The notes beneath the pieces were generated by a model. The model saw nothing but the letters and a program-made list of their open reading frames with translations, did not search any database and was not told the DNA's origin. DNA of 64,000 nucleotides from an uncultured Gammaproteobacteria bacterium (GTDB lineage Bacteria; Patescibacteriota; Microgenomatia; Levybacterales; GWA1-39-11), in NCBI GenBank assembly GCA_964568885.1, contig CAZMSF010000001.1, positions 5,217 through 69,216 of the forward strand, given 5' to 3'. This document shows positions 19,543-29,752 of this stretch, piece after piece; position 1 is the stretch's first letter; the number at the start of each line of letters is the position of its first letter. The translations under genes were made by a program, and so were the position numbers.

Positions 19543-20415
19543 TTAAAATCCTAATAATTCACTCACTTTTACAAATTCGAATCCCTCTTTTTTGAGTGTC
19601 TCAACAATACGCGGTACTGCAAGGTAGTCAACCGGCTCATTGGGAAAACCATTCATATGCATAACTATTATTGAACCGTTTTTTACCCTATTAACAACCC
19701 TCCCAACAATACTGTTTTCATTACTGTTAAAACCGTCATCGGCAACAACATCCCATGCTATCGCATTTGCACCTGCCAGTTTGAGAAGCGCCAGGTCCCC
19801 CGGACCAAAGCAACCGCCGGGAAACCGGAATAACCGAGTTTTTTTGTTTGTATACTTTTCAATAATGAGTTGTGACGCGCCTATGTCTTCTATTTTTCTG
19901 TCTTCCGGCAACGCCTCAAGCGCATAGCAGGGGAAAGAATAGGCCCTATGGGAATACGAATGGCTCCCTATTTCAAGAAATGACTTCGAGGAGAGTTCTT
20001 TGGTAATTTCAGGATATTGCTCTACCCAAAGACCGCTTAAAAAAAGAGTCGCAGGAGTCCTGGACCTTACCAGAAAGGAAATGAGCTTGTCATCGTAAAA
20101 GCTTTTTACACTTCCATTTGCAAGCATTTGCCGCATCCCTGTTGTCATATCTGCATCGAAAGTAAGAGCCACTTTTTTTTTGTTCCTTTCTCCATGAAAG
20201 TACACTCCAAAGAACTCCCCTTTTCCGGACACATAATCAATCTGTCGTAATATCACCTGATACATGGCTCCCGGAAGGAGCGGCGAATTCCTGTTAATGG
20301 TTTGCGGGCGAAGGAAGAATGGACTTGAGGGAAGGGGTGAAGAAAAAAAGCCGACTCCAAATCCAAAGAAAAGGATTACCACTATGGACAGCGTGAAGAA
20401 AAAAGAAGAACGCAT
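19543..20415 (-). CDS. Polysaccharide deacetylase (NodB homology domain), membrane-anchored
   Basis: LTFDAD, SHSYSHR and GFPNEP NodB motifs. Confidence 0.75.
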   Translation of the reverse strand: MRSSFFFTLSIVVILFFGFGVGFFSSPLPSSPFFLRPQTINRNSPLLPGAMYQVILRQIDYVSGKGEFFGVYFHGERNKKKVALTFDADMTTGMRQMLANGSVKSFYDDKLISFLVRSRTPATLFLSGLWVEQYPEITKELSSKSFLEIGSHSYSHRAYSFPCYALEALPEDRKIEDIGASQLIIEKYTNKKTRLFRFPGGCFGPGDLALLKLAGANAIAWDVVADDGFNSNENSIVGRVVNRVKNGSIIVMHMNGFPNEPVDYLAVPRIVETLKKEGFEFVKVSELLGF

Positions 20416-20535
20416 TCAGGTCTTTTGTATACATTATTCAGCGTGTGGGGTCAAGGGGGTCATGGAAATTCCCAAAAAAAACAGTTAGAATTAATCGAAT
20501 CAAACTGTCAACTTCAAAAAGACTGTCACTTCCGT

Positions 20536-22323
20536 ATGCAACACAGAATTATTTATTACATCCGTAGTTTTATTACCCCGGTTATTGTACTCGCAGGATT
20601 GCTTCTTTATTTGGCTTTCTCCTATCTGAATATTCACCTGCTTTTGTTCCCCTTGGCCATAGCAACAATTATTATCGGAAGTTATAAATTGGTCGTTGAG
20701 ACGTATGAAGACATACGAAGTGGAAAATTTGGGCTCGATTATATCGCAATTCTTGCTGTTATTGTTTCAGTTGCGACCGGAGAATACATTGTTGGAATAA
20801 TTCTTGCTCTTATGATCGCTTCCGGACGGAATCTTGAAGAATACGGTGCAAAGATGGCAAAAAGGTCCTTGACCGAACTTTCCGAGCGCATTCCTCATGA
20901 CGTCATGGTTGAAAAAGGAGCCACAAGCGAAAAAAAGGCGGTCAAAAATGTCACTGTAGGAGAAGTAATTATCATCAGAAAGGGAGAAGTTGTACCGCTT
21001 GACGGAGAGATAATATCCGAAGAAAGTCTTTTCGATGAACAATCTCTGACCGGAGAGGCTTTCCCTGTTGAAAAACTTCATGGTGATTTTATCCGCTCGG
21101 GTGTAATTAACGTAGGAACAATTGCACGCATTAAGGTTTTGAAAGAACAGAAGGACTCGAGCTATTCAAAGATTATAGAAATCGTTGAGAGAGCTCAAAG
21201 CGCAAAAGCTCCGCTTGTAAGGCTTGCCGATAAGTACAGTGTCTATTTTACAATTGTAACTTTTGTCATCGCATCGTTCTCCTTTATGCTCCATGGGACA
21301 TTAGAATCTATTCTTGCGGTTTTGGTCGTTGCTACCCCCTGCCCGTTAATTTTGGCTACTCCAATAGCTCTTCTTGGCGGAATGAACGCTCAGGCAAGAA
21401 GAAGGATAATTATAAAGCACTTATCAAGCCTTGAGTCTCTTTCCAGAGTCGATACGGTAGTATTTGATAAAACCGGGACCATTACGCTTGGTAAACCCAA
21501 GGTAAGCGAATTCAGACTGCATAATGGGGAACTGGAAAAAGAACGGGCTCTTGCGATTGCCGTTGCAATTGAGAGAAATTCTCTGCATCCTTTGGCAAGC
21601 GCGGTGGTTGAGTATGGAAAATCGGTCGCAAGAATTCCAGTCTTGAAAGTTAAGGAAACGATAGGAAAAGGCATTCAGGGAAGCATTGATGGTAAAGACT
21701 ATGTCCTCAAAAAAACAGAGATGGACACAGAGACTATGGAAATAGGATTGTATCAAAATGAAGTTCTTTTGGCGTCCTTCATATTTGAAGATGAAGTCAA
21801 AACCGAGTCACGAAGTATTATCGAAAAACTGAAGAATATGAAAATGAACCTTTTCATTTTTACGGGAGACAAGCTGCAGACAACCCAAAAATTAGTGGAA
21901 CGGCTTCAAATCGACATGAAAATACGGGCAGAGTTAAAACCGGAAGAAAAGCAAAAAGGAATTGAAGAACTGAAAAAAAGGGGAGCAATAGTTGCGATGG
22001 TCGGCGACGGCATCAACGACGCGCCTGCCTTAGCTTTATCAGACGTTGGGATGGTTTTTGCAAATGAGGAAAAAACTGCAGCCTCGGAAGCCTCGGACAT
22101 CGTACTTTTGGGAGGCAACTTCTCCTCCGTTCTCTATTCCCTTTTGAGCGCACGGCGGACAATATCAATTGCAAAACAAAGTATCGTGGCCGGAATCGGA
22201 ATGAGCGTGGTTTGTATGATACTTGCCTCATTCGGACTTATTTCTCCCATTGTCGGTGCTGTCATTCAGGAAGGAATTGATGTAGCGGTCATTCTCAACG
22301 CCCTTCGTGCAAGTAAGAGCTAG
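20536..22323 (+). CDS. Heavy-metal translocating P1B-type ATPase lacking an N-terminal metal-binding domain
   Basis: TM6 CPx (ATPCPL), DKTGTIT phosphorylation site, GDGINDAPAL hinge. Internal ATG at 20536 preferred over the 20425 start, which almost abuts the upstream opposite-strand gene. Confidence 0.8.
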   Translation: MQHRIIYYIRSFITPVIVLAGLLLYLAFSYLNIHLLLFPLAIATIIIGSYKLVVETYEDIRSGKFGLDYIAILAVIVSVATGEYIVGIILALMIASGRNLEEYGAKMAKRSLTELSERIPHDVMVEKGATSEKKAVKNVTVGEVIIIRKGEVVPLDGEIISEESLFDEQSLTGEAFPVEKLHGDFIRSGVINVGTIARIKVLKEQKDSSYSKIIEIVERAQSAKAPLVRLADKYSVYFTIVTFVIASFSFMLHGTLESILAVLVVATPCPLILATPIALLGGMNAQARRRIIIKHLSSLESLSRVDTVVFDKTGTITLGKPKVSEFRLHNGELEKERALAIAVAIERNSLHPLASAVVEYGKSVARIPVLKVKETIGKGIQGSIDGKDYVLKKTEMDTETMEIGLYQNEVLLASFIFEDEVKTESRSIIEKLKNMKMNLFIFTGDKLQTTQKLVERLQIDMKIRAELKPEEKQKGIEELKKRGAIVAMVGDGINDAPALALSDVGMVFANEEKTAASEASDIVLLGGNFSSVLYSLLSARRTISIAKQSIVAGIGMSVVCMILASFGLISPIVGAVIQEGIDVAVILNALRASKS

Positions 22324-22342
22324 CAGGGTGTAATATAGAAAT

Positions 22343-23803
22343 GTGATTTCTCCCCTTTTCTTTATCCGAAAAAAGCACATTCCTATTCTTTTGGCGGTTT
22401 TCATTTGCCTTGTCTTCTTTGCAGCGTATAGCACTCTCTCCATAGTGCGGCATCTCCATTACGAATCGTATGGGTTTGATTTGGGAATAAATGACCAGAC
22501 GGTATGGCGCTACAGCAGATTTGAGGCCCCCCTTACTACAATTGACCCGTTTCCTGACAGAACAAAGCTTGATACGCATGTTGAGCTAGTGTACGCCATT
22601 ATTTCCCCATCGTATTGGCTGTGGTCAACAAGGAAAATGCTTCTGTTGGTTTCCGCTTTTATTGTTTGTTCGGGCGGAATATCGGCATTTCTCCTTTCAA
22701 GAAGTAGGCTTAAAAACCTCCCCCTTAGTTTTTCAATAATGTTTTCATATCTTATGTTTTATGGGCTGCAAAACGCCGTGTGGTTTGACGTGCACAGTTC
22801 CAATTTCGCGGCCGCTTTTCTTATGTGGTTCATCTATTTTCTCGATGGAAAAAGATCAAAAGCTGCAATTCTCTTCTTTTTTCTTGCAATAACTGCCAAA
22901 GAAAATATAGCATTGTACACTCTGACAATTGCTCTTCTTTACTTAATAAGAAGGAGGTCAAAAATTGTTATTGGTTTTGCAACTGCATCCATTCTTTATC
23001 TTCTTTTCATTTATTTGATTTATTTTCCGCATATAGTTAATCTTCCCTATCTTTACTCAAATAAGTCAGGTTTGCTTTCAAACCTTAATCCCTACTATCT
23101 TATTAATACCAAAGAAAAAATTACAACGATTTTCTATTCATTTGCGTCTTTTGGATTTCTTCCCCTACTAAATCCGCTCACGCTTCCTCTTATTTTTGCT
23201 CACTTCACAACCTTCTTTGTCATAGCTTCCGACTTGCCCGGAGCTCAAGGTCTTTATGGGCACTACCGCGTTACTCTGGCACCTCTTTTTGTATGGTCGA
23301 CGGTGGTAACAGTTGGAACGTTCCGTTTTTTGAATAACAAATATATCGCTTTCTATCTTGTCCTTTGTACTCTTTTTTTACAATACAGCCTTCATCTGCC
23401 GCTTTCCTACCTAACAAAGGAATGGTTTTGGAAAAAACCGGCTTCTGAAACATACATCAACACCCTTATTGAAAGATACTTACCACCGGATGCCTCCGTT
23501 GTCTCCCAAAACAATATAACTCCGCATATTTCCCATAGAGACAAGATATATACGCTCTATTATGACAGCAAGAACTTTCCTAAAAATTCACCCTGCGGGA
23601 GTACAACTTGTGACTGGTTCCGCTGGTTTTCAAACCCTGAGTATCTTATTGTTGACACTTCAGCAAATTGGGACGCTAGGCATTTGCTTATCGATAGACC
23701 TGTTTTTCTAAAAGCGCTTCGCAACATGGAAAAAGCGAAAGTGATACGCCTTTACAAAGAGGTCGGAAGCGCAAAGCTTTACAGAGTAACCGGTTCTCCA
23801 TGA
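22343..23803 (+). CDS. DUF2079-family polytopic membrane protein (putative GT-C-like glycosyltransferase)
   Basis: YGFDLGINDQ motif and about 12 TM helices typical of DUF2079. Confidence 0.6.
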   Translation: MISPLFFIRKKHIPILLAVFICLVFFAAYSTLSIVRHLHYESYGFDLGINDQTVWRYSRFEAPLTTIDPFPDRTKLDTHVELVYAIISPSYWLWSTRKMLLLVSAFIVCSGGISAFLLSRSRLKNLPLSFSIMFSYLMFYGLQNAVWFDVHSSNFAAAFLMWFIYFLDGKRSKAAILFFFLAITAKENIALYTLTIALLYLIRRRSKIVIGFATASILYLLFIYLIYFPHIVNLPYLYSNKSGLLSNLNPYYLINTKEKITTIFYSFASFGFLPLLNPLTLPLIFAHFTTFFVIASDLPGAQGLYGHYRVTLAPLFVWSTVVTVGTFRFLNNKYIAFYLVLCTLFLQYSLHLPLSYLTKEWFWKKPASETYINTLIERYLPPDASVVSQNNITPHISHRDKIYTLYYDSKNFPKNSPCGSTTCDWFRWFSNPEYLIVDTSANWDARHLLIDRPVFLKALRNMEKAKVIRLYKEVGSAKLYRVTGSP

Positions 23804-23826
23804 AAGCCTAATGGTATACTATTTAA

Positions 23827-24099
23827 ATGAAGGCATATTGGTTCCGGGCAAAAAGATACGGCTGGGGATGGTATCCGTCTACCTGGCAGGGATGGACGGT
23901 CATACTGCTCTATGCAATAATTCTTTTTTTTATATTTCTTACTCTTGACTCGGAGCTCCATTCTCCAATTGAGACGATGAAACAGTTTTTTCCAATAGAG
24001 CTTGTTTTAACGGCTATACTTATTGTAGTTTGCTACATTAAAGGAGAAAGGCCTTCCTGGAGGTGGGGAGACAAAAAGAAGAAATCATCAAGAAGATAA
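23827..24099 (+). CDS. Small two-TM membrane protein (hypothetical)
   Basis: ORF with two hydrophobic helices and a basic tail. Confidence 0.3.
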   Translation: MKAYWFRAKRYGWGWYPSTWQGWTVILLYAIILFFIFLTLDSELHSPIETMKQFFPIELVLTAILIVVCYIKGERPSWRWGDKKKKSSRR

Positions 24100-24352
24100 C
24101 CGGAATTTCTTTCCGAATAAATCAAAATTGAACAGTGTCAACTTTCCTCCGATGCTGTCAATTTCAAAAACAGGCACTTTTTTAGGAATTTTCGAAAGCG
24201 AGCTTTTTAACGGTATTTCTACCGTCGGCACTTTGAAATATTTGCTTTTCACCCATGTATCTTATGTTCTATCTGTCAATTGCAGTTATAAAATATGTAA
24301 GAATAATACAATAATATCTTCCCTACTGAAGATTTTCTACAAGAGCGAACAA

Positions 24353-25483
24353 TCAAGCCGCCGCAGGTCTTAAAAGAGGGGTAAAATCGTATATCGTTTT
24401 GTTCGGAGCGAAAGGATTTCCTGCAACAATTGCGCTTTTGCTGTCAATTCCCAGCATATCACGGAACCTCCATTCCATATAGATTGCTTGATTTGTCATA
24501 TCTTGTTGAGCGTCAAACGCCTTCTTCTGAAAAAATAATTCCGATTGCTGACTGCTATTTATCCCAAATCTCGAGAATAAAGTACGAAAATCTGAAGGCG
24601 TCGTGGGCACCAGACGAAGTCCTGAGGCACGGTCTGCTATTATATCCATTGGTGAACTATTGTCCTCAAGACTTAGTCGCTGCACCTGAAGATTGAGGTG
24701 CCAATCTGCGATTTCTCTGGCTACTTCTTGGCGGATTGTAGCTATGTGGTCTTTATTGGCCATCAGTTTGAATATGTCCTTTACATATTTAGCGTTTTGT
24801 AAACTTCTTTCAACCCCTTCGATGTCCATGCCATACTCATCAAGCAGGTTGAATATTTTTTTGGGGCGTGCTTCCGAAACAAGAGCTCTTAAATATTCAC
24901 CGTATGCCTGAACGAGTGGAGAATGGTATAGTGCAACAATTAAAGACGATGTGTCTGTGCCGTTTGCGATATTCCGCTCTACTGTCTCAAGCGCACTTCT
25001 TCCCCTATCAACAGTGTCCTTTCCTCCAACCGCCGGAACCTCAAATATGTCTGAAGACATAATCCCTTCATAAATTCTTTCATTGAACTCATCATCCTCA
25101 AGCTTTCCCGTCTGACCCAGGCGCTGACGCTTTCTTCTTTCCATTTCAAGCAAAAAATCATATTGGCCGGTTTTCTTATCAAACGGTATCCCCAAGCGTG
25201 CGGCGTTTTCCGAAGCGGCCGAAAGCAATTGAAAAAACAAAGCGCTTTTTCCTGTTGCCGGCTCTCCCATGATGATTATCCGTCGCCCATTTAAAAATTG
25301 TTGCACGAGATAACGTCCGACTTCTCGCCCTTCGTCTCGAATTTCCATAATTCCATTAAGAACATTGTGCCTTTCGGGGCTCAGTTCAATCTCGGCAAGA
25401 GGAACAACAACAGAAGTCCCATCTCGTACCAGTTGCGCATCAAAATCCCTGTTCATTTCAAAATGTGTTTCATTTTCATTCAT
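24353..25483 (-). CDS. Uncharacterised P-loop NTPase, translationally coupled to the upstream histidine kinase
   Basis: Walker A IIIMGEPATGKS near residue 70 (RecA/KaiC-like G-x-P-x-x-GKS pattern); start is 2 nt after the HK stop. Confidence 0.5.
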   Translation of the reverse strand: MNENETHFEMNRDFDAQLVRDGTSVVVPLAEIELSPERHNVLNGIMEIRDEGREVGRYLVQQFLNGRRIIIMGEPATGKSALFFQLLSAASENAARLGIPFDKKTGQYDFLLEMERRKRQRLGQTGKLEDDEFNERIYEGIMSSDIFEVPAVGGKDTVDRGRSALETVERNIANGTDTSSLIVALYHSPLVQAYGEYLRALVSEARPKKIFNLLDEYGMDIEGVERSLQNAKYVKDIFKLMANKDHIATIRQEVAREIADWHLNLQVQRLSLEDNSSPMDIIADRASGLRLVPTTPSDFRTLFSRFGINSSQQSELFFQKKAFDAQQDMTNQAIYMEWRFRDMLGIDSKSAIVAGNPFAPNKTIYDFTPLLRPAAA

Positions 25484-25485
25484 TG

Positions 25486-26643
25486 TTACTTGGGAAGACT
25501 TACAGTAATAGTCGTTCCCACATGGAGCTTGGAGGTAAGAGATACTTTACCCTTATGTTTGTCGATGATATTTTTTACCAGAAAGAGACCAAGACCCATG
25601 CCTTCCTTATAATTTCCTTTTGCCTTAAAAAATTCGACGAATACCTTGTCCTGCTCTCTTTTCCGTATTCCTTTCCCATAATCGGTAATCGATATCGAAA
25701 CATACTTTTCATCCTCCCCGACCGTTAAGACTATTGGAGTCACCGAGGAGGAGAATTTTGCCGAATTATTCAGCAGGTTCGTAAATACCTGCTGCAACTT
25801 TTCCTCATCACCGCGGGCAAGGACAATTTTATGATGAACGGGATTTTCAAGCAGTACTTTATAGCCGGGATAATTAAATTTGAAATTTATGACCGCCTTT
25901 TTCAAAACGTTAAGAATGGCGACCTCTTTCCATGCATACCTCAGCTGCCCCGTTTTTACTTGCTCTATCGCCAAGAGCTCATTTACGATATTTTTAAGTC
26001 TTTTTATCTCGGAACGCAGTATTTCAACCGATTTTGGTGGCGGGAATTGCTTGTTGTTCAGTTTTTTTTCGATAAGCCCTGCATAGGCAGATATGGTCGT
26101 CAACGGAGTCCTTAATTCGTGTGAAGCAAGAGATATGAACAAATCCCTCGCCTCAATAGCCCCGATGGACTCTTCATAAAGCTGAGAGTTCCTAATACCA
26201 AGGCTTAAGAGGGCACCAAACAGACGGAGAGCACCTAACATGTCGTTACCAAACTGTTTTGCTTCATGTGCTTGAAGGGACAATACTCCAATGGTTTGTT
26301 TGTTAAAACTTAAGGGAATAAGAATAAGACATTTTATGCCTTTGTTATATAACTTGAGGTGTGCTTTTTTAAGCTCCTCCCCTTGCACTATTTTCAGCTT
26401 CTCTTCCTCGACGGCGCGTCTTGTATTCCCGCTTTTTCTAGGTTGGACTTGAGAACCGGGAGGCACATCCGAATACGCTCTTACAAATTCACCCTGGGGG
26501 TCAAGAAGGAAAATAGAGCCGTTATTTGCTCCGGCGACACGTATCGCCTCCTGGACCGCTATTTTATACCGCTCCTCAAGCGTTAACGGCTGCAGATAAG
26601 AGAGTGAGGAAAGATATACATTTTCAAGTAATTCATTTGTCAT
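25486..26643 (-). CDS. Cytoplasmic sensor histidine kinase with N-terminal GAF-like domain
   Basis: No TM; H-box SHELRTPLTTI, N box NLLNNSAKFS, G boxes DYGKGI/GMGLGL. Confidence 0.75.
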   Translation of the reverse strand: MTNELLENVYLSSLSYLQPLTLEERYKIAVQEAIRVAGANNGSIFLLDPQGEFVRAYSDVPPGSQVQPRKSGNTRRAVEEEKLKIVQGEELKKAHLKLYNKGIKCLILIPLSFNKQTIGVLSLQAHEAKQFGNDMLGALRLFGALLSLGIRNSQLYEESIGAIEARDLFISLASHELRTPLTTISAYAGLIEKKLNNKQFPPPKSVEILRSEIKRLKNIVNELLAIEQVKTGQLRYAWKEVAILNVLKKAVINFKFNYPGYKVLLENPVHHKIVLARGDEEKLQQVFTNLLNNSAKFSSSVTPIVLTVGEDEKYVSISITDYGKGIRKREQDKVFVEFFKAKGNYKEGMGLGLFLVKNIIDKHKGKVSLTSKLHVGTTITVSLPK

Positions 26644-26646
26644 AAT

Positions 26647-27312
26647 TTACTCTCGTATTGTATACCCAAATCCCCGTACACTTTTTATCAGCGGCTGATG
26701 TGAGCCGTTATCAATTTTTTTTCTCAAGTAGCCGATATAAACGTCAACGACGCGGCTCTCGATGTCAGGAGAATACAACCATATGTGATCAAGAATTGTT
26801 TCCCGGGAAAGAACTACCCCCTGGTTTATCATTAAATATTCGAGTAGTTTGAATTCTGTTGAGGTAAGCGGGATAAGCCTGTTATTTCTTTTTACTTCGT
26901 ACGTTGAGGAGTTCAATTCAAGGTCGGCTATTGTTATCACCGGAGACCCTTTTTGCTTCAAGCGTGAGCGTATTCTTGCGAGAAGTTCTTCGGTTTCAAA
27001 TGGCTTCGAGATGTAATCATCGGCTCCCAAGTCGAGACCGTGGACTATATCTCCGGTAGTATTTTTTGCTGTCAGAATTATTATCGGAAGTGTCGGGTGT
27101 TCCTTTTTGACTTCGGCGCACACGGTTTCACCCGCAATACTGTCAATTCCCAAATCAAGAACGATAAGGTCAGGTTTTGCATCACGCACCATTTTCAGCG
27201 CAACTGCTCCGTCGCCGGTTCCCTTCACGGAATATCCTGCTTCTTTTAATGATTCCTCGAGGTACTCTCGTATGTTTTTGTCGTCTTCAACAACTAAAAT
27301 TTTGTATACCAT
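26647..27312 (-). CDS. OmpR-family response regulator
   Basis: REC domain (ILVVEDD...D...LT...K) plus winged helix (RGFGYTI). Confidence 0.85.
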   Translation of the reverse strand: MVYKILVVEDDKNIREYLEESLKEAGYSVKGTGDGAVALKMVRDAKPDLIVLDLGIDSIAGETVCAEVKKEHPTLPIIILTAKNTTGDIVHGLDLGADDYISKPFETEELLARIRSRLKQKGSPVITIADLELNSSTYEVKRNNRLIPLTSTEFKLLEYLMINQGVVLSRETILDHIWLYSPDIESRVVDVYIGYLRKKIDNGSHQPLIKSVRGFGYTIRE

Positions 27313-27693
27313 GAGTAATAAGTAGATAAATACTAAGCAATTGAGGCAGACGATTATATGAAAAAATCGTAAAGATATGGTAAGAACGTTTTTTCACCAT
27401 AACTTATGTGTATATCTTACCACCGGAATGCAAATAGATGTTGTATTGTGAGGTTATGAATTACGTTCTACGGGAGAGGAAAGGACCATCCAGAAGCTTT
27501 TTACCAATTTCTTCAGAGGCCTTTCGATTAGTTCAACTACATGATAAATAGTAGAGTTGCTTTTAGGAAGTGCGTAATAATTTTTTTGTGTTACCGTTAC
27601 TATCATACTTTCATTATGCCTCTCATTATTAAGATATTTTTTAACTTACAGTGAGAAAGTTGTAAGATTTTTAGTCACCGGTGACTTTATCAT

Positions 27694-28296
27694 TTAACTA
27701 GCGTGATGCACGTGACGTGTTTCATGGCCGTGTGCGCGCTTCATCTCGTCTACATTCGCGTCGTCGTCCATCGTATTTGCTACAAAAGTTTTGACGTCCG
27801 TAGCTCTATAGCTGTCAAGTATCTCCTCGACCTCACTGCTTTGACCTATCCGGGCAGGAACGATAAGAAGAATTGCGCCTGCTTTGACTCTTTCTTCATA
27901 CGTCTTTGCTTCATCTGAGGACAGTCCGAATCCGGCTAACGCTCCAATCAGTCCCCCTGCCACCGCGCCGGTTGCTGCTCCTGCTGCTCCACCTGCTGCA
28001 GCTCCCGATAATCCAAGTGCTGTGGCTATAGGTCCACCGATAAGAAAAGGTCCGAAACCCGGGAAAAGAAGTGCGCTTGCAAGACCTGCAACTCCACCAA
28101 TCACTATGCCTGCGACCGCCCCCGATGCCGTATTTCCGGCAATAGTACCCCCCGTCTCATCTGCCATTTGCTTTGCTTTCTTATGGTCCTGCATGACAAT
28201 TGATATATCTTTTGGTTGGTACCCATGAGATTCAAGGTCGGACATAGCCTCTTCGGCATTTTCTTGTGAAGTAAATACTCCCAATACTGTTTTCAT
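27694..28296 (-). CDS. General stress protein 17M/YflT-like domain protein with glycine-zipper membrane segment
   Basis: N-terminal VLGVFTSQENAEEAMSDLESHGY (YflT-like) and long GxxxG Gly/Ala-rich stretch. Confidence 0.5.
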   Translation of the reverse strand: MKTVLGVFTSQENAEEAMSDLESHGYQPKDISIVMQDHKKAKQMADETGGTIAGNTASGAVAGIVIGGVAGLASALLFPGFGPFLIGGPIATALGLSGAAAGGAAGAATGAVAGGLIGALAGFGLSSDEAKTYEERVKAGAILLIVPARIGQSSEVEEILDSYRATDVKTFVANTMDDDANVDEMKRAHGHETRHVHHAS

Positions 28297-28450
28297 TCTC
28301 TTTCACCTCCTTTTGGCATATTCAAATGGTAACTGCCCAACAATACATTCTTGAAGAGAAAAAGGTAAGGTTTTCTAAAGAGAATTTTACATTTCTCTAG
28401 ACAGACTCAGACTTTATCTTCTTATACTATTGCTAAAGGAGGTGAACGGT

Positions 28451-28624
28451 ATGCGAAGAAACGCATTGGGGCAAAAAATTAAAGGAAAGCTGCAAAAAGT
28501 TAAAGGAGAATTTGAAATGAGGACAGGAAATTCTGCACGCGGTATCCTTGACAAAACAAAAGGAACAGTTAATGAAGGGCTGGCCGATTTCAAGACGGCA
28601 ATCATAAATACGTCAAATGAGTAA
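28451..28624 (+). CDS. csbD: CsbD-family stress response protein
   Basis: KGKLQKVKGEFEM...GILDKTKGTVNEGLADFK CsbD repeats; SD AAAGGAGGTGA before ATG at 28451. Confidence 0.7.
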   Translation: MRRNALGQKIKGKLQKVKGEFEMRTGNSARGILDKTKGTVNEGLADFKTAIINTSNE

Positions 28625-28660
28625 GTTTGTTGACAGGAAAGAACTTGAGAATTATTATGA

Positions 28661-29116
28661 ATGAAAGTGGTACTCTTAAATTTGCTAAAGAACATTGGCG
28701 GCAGCAAAAAGACTCCACCAATTGTTGTGCCGAACCCTCAAACAATACCCGCAAAAAAAATCCTGGTTGTTGAAGACGAAGAGGCTTTAAGACAATTGTA
28801 TATTGAAGTACTGTCACAAGAAGGTTTTGAGGTAAAAGGAGCCGAAAACGGCCAGGTTGCATTGTCATTAATACCCCAATTTCAGCCAAATCTTATTTTA
28901 CTTGATCTTATGATGCCTGTAATGGACGGCAAACAATTGCTTCGAAATATGAATGACCAGGAACAGATGAAACTTATACCCGTAATCGTTCTTACCAATG
29001 CCGGAGACGTCGACTCTATGCGCGAGGTAAAGTTTTATGGTAATGCAAAAACATTCTTAATAAAAGCCAACGTTACCCCTCTGGATATCGTGAACAGCGT
29101 CAAAACTCTTGCATAG
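28661..29116 (+). CDS. Stand-alone response-regulator receiver (REC) domain protein
   Basis: KKILVVEDEE...LLDLMMP...K receiver motifs, no output domain. Confidence 0.7.
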   Translation: MKVVLLNLLKNIGGSKKTPPIVVPNPQTIPAKKILVVEDEEALRQLYIEVLSQEGFEVKGAENGQVALSLIPQFQPNLILLDLMMPVMDGKQLLRNMNDQEQMKLIPVIVLTNAGDVDSMREVKFYGNAKTFLIKANVTPLDIVNSVKTLA

Positions 29117-29344
29117 TGATTAATTGACTTGACAATTGTAAAAAAAAGCTCTACGGTAGTATTAGTCCTAATTAGTTACTGATATCGGAGCGAAATTAGG
29201 ATTATATGCCAAGAATAGGGTCTTCATGAGGGCGACTATTTAAGGAATATTTGAAAGTACGGATATTTTGTTGGAAAGAAGCTGAATTTGTAGCCGGGCA
29301 ACTGGCCACAGAGAACGTTTGTATACAAAACAAAATATTCAAAA

Positions 29345-29384
29345 AACAAAAAGGTCTGTTGTAAAAAGCAGACCTTTTTGTTTG
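29345..29384. terminator. Bidirectional intrinsic terminator between convergent REC and yeaQ-like genes
   Basis: AAGGTCTG/CAGACCTT stem with 10-nt loop, A-run upstream and T-run downstream. Confidence 0.6.
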
Positions 29385-29394
29385 TAGTGAGTTT

Positions 29395-29649
29395 CTATAC
29401 CCTACCGGTATTAAAGATCATTCTTCCGAGCCAAATCACGATAACCGCACCCACAATTGAGACAAGAATACTGTAGACATTAAAACCGGTTACGCCACTT
29501 TGACCGAAAAGGTTCATCACAAACCCACCAATAACCGCACCTACTATGCCAAGAAGAATATCTCCTATTATCCCTTGGTTCGACTTCATTATCATCGAAG
29601 CGACCCATCCTGAAAGTGCTCCTAAGACTATCCATAAAAGTATACCCAT
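29395..29649 (-). CDS. GlsB/YeaQ/YmgE-family transglycosylase-associated membrane protein
   Basis: MGILLWIVLGALSGWVAS...GIVGAVIGG signature. Confidence 0.7.
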   Translation of the reverse strand: MGILLWIVLGALSGWVASMIMKSNQGIIGDILLGIVGAVIGGFVMNLFGQSGVTGFNVYSILVSIVGAVIVIWLGRMIFNTGRV

Positions 29650-29752
29650 ACATTTCACCTCCTTTCTTTTGCTACAGTACCAACTTTAGTAGCAATACAA
29701 GAGGCGCCAATGAAAGTTATGCAAGGGTTTGTAAAGAAAGTGAAGATGTGTG

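Noticed and set aside
24353-27312. Horizontal-transfer island based on higher GC in the P-loop/TCS operon
   Set aside because: Sampled 60-nt windows elsewhere (e.g., the 10 kb region) reach similar 45-47% GC. The difference is within the local variation seen across the window, so there is no solid compositional anomaly.
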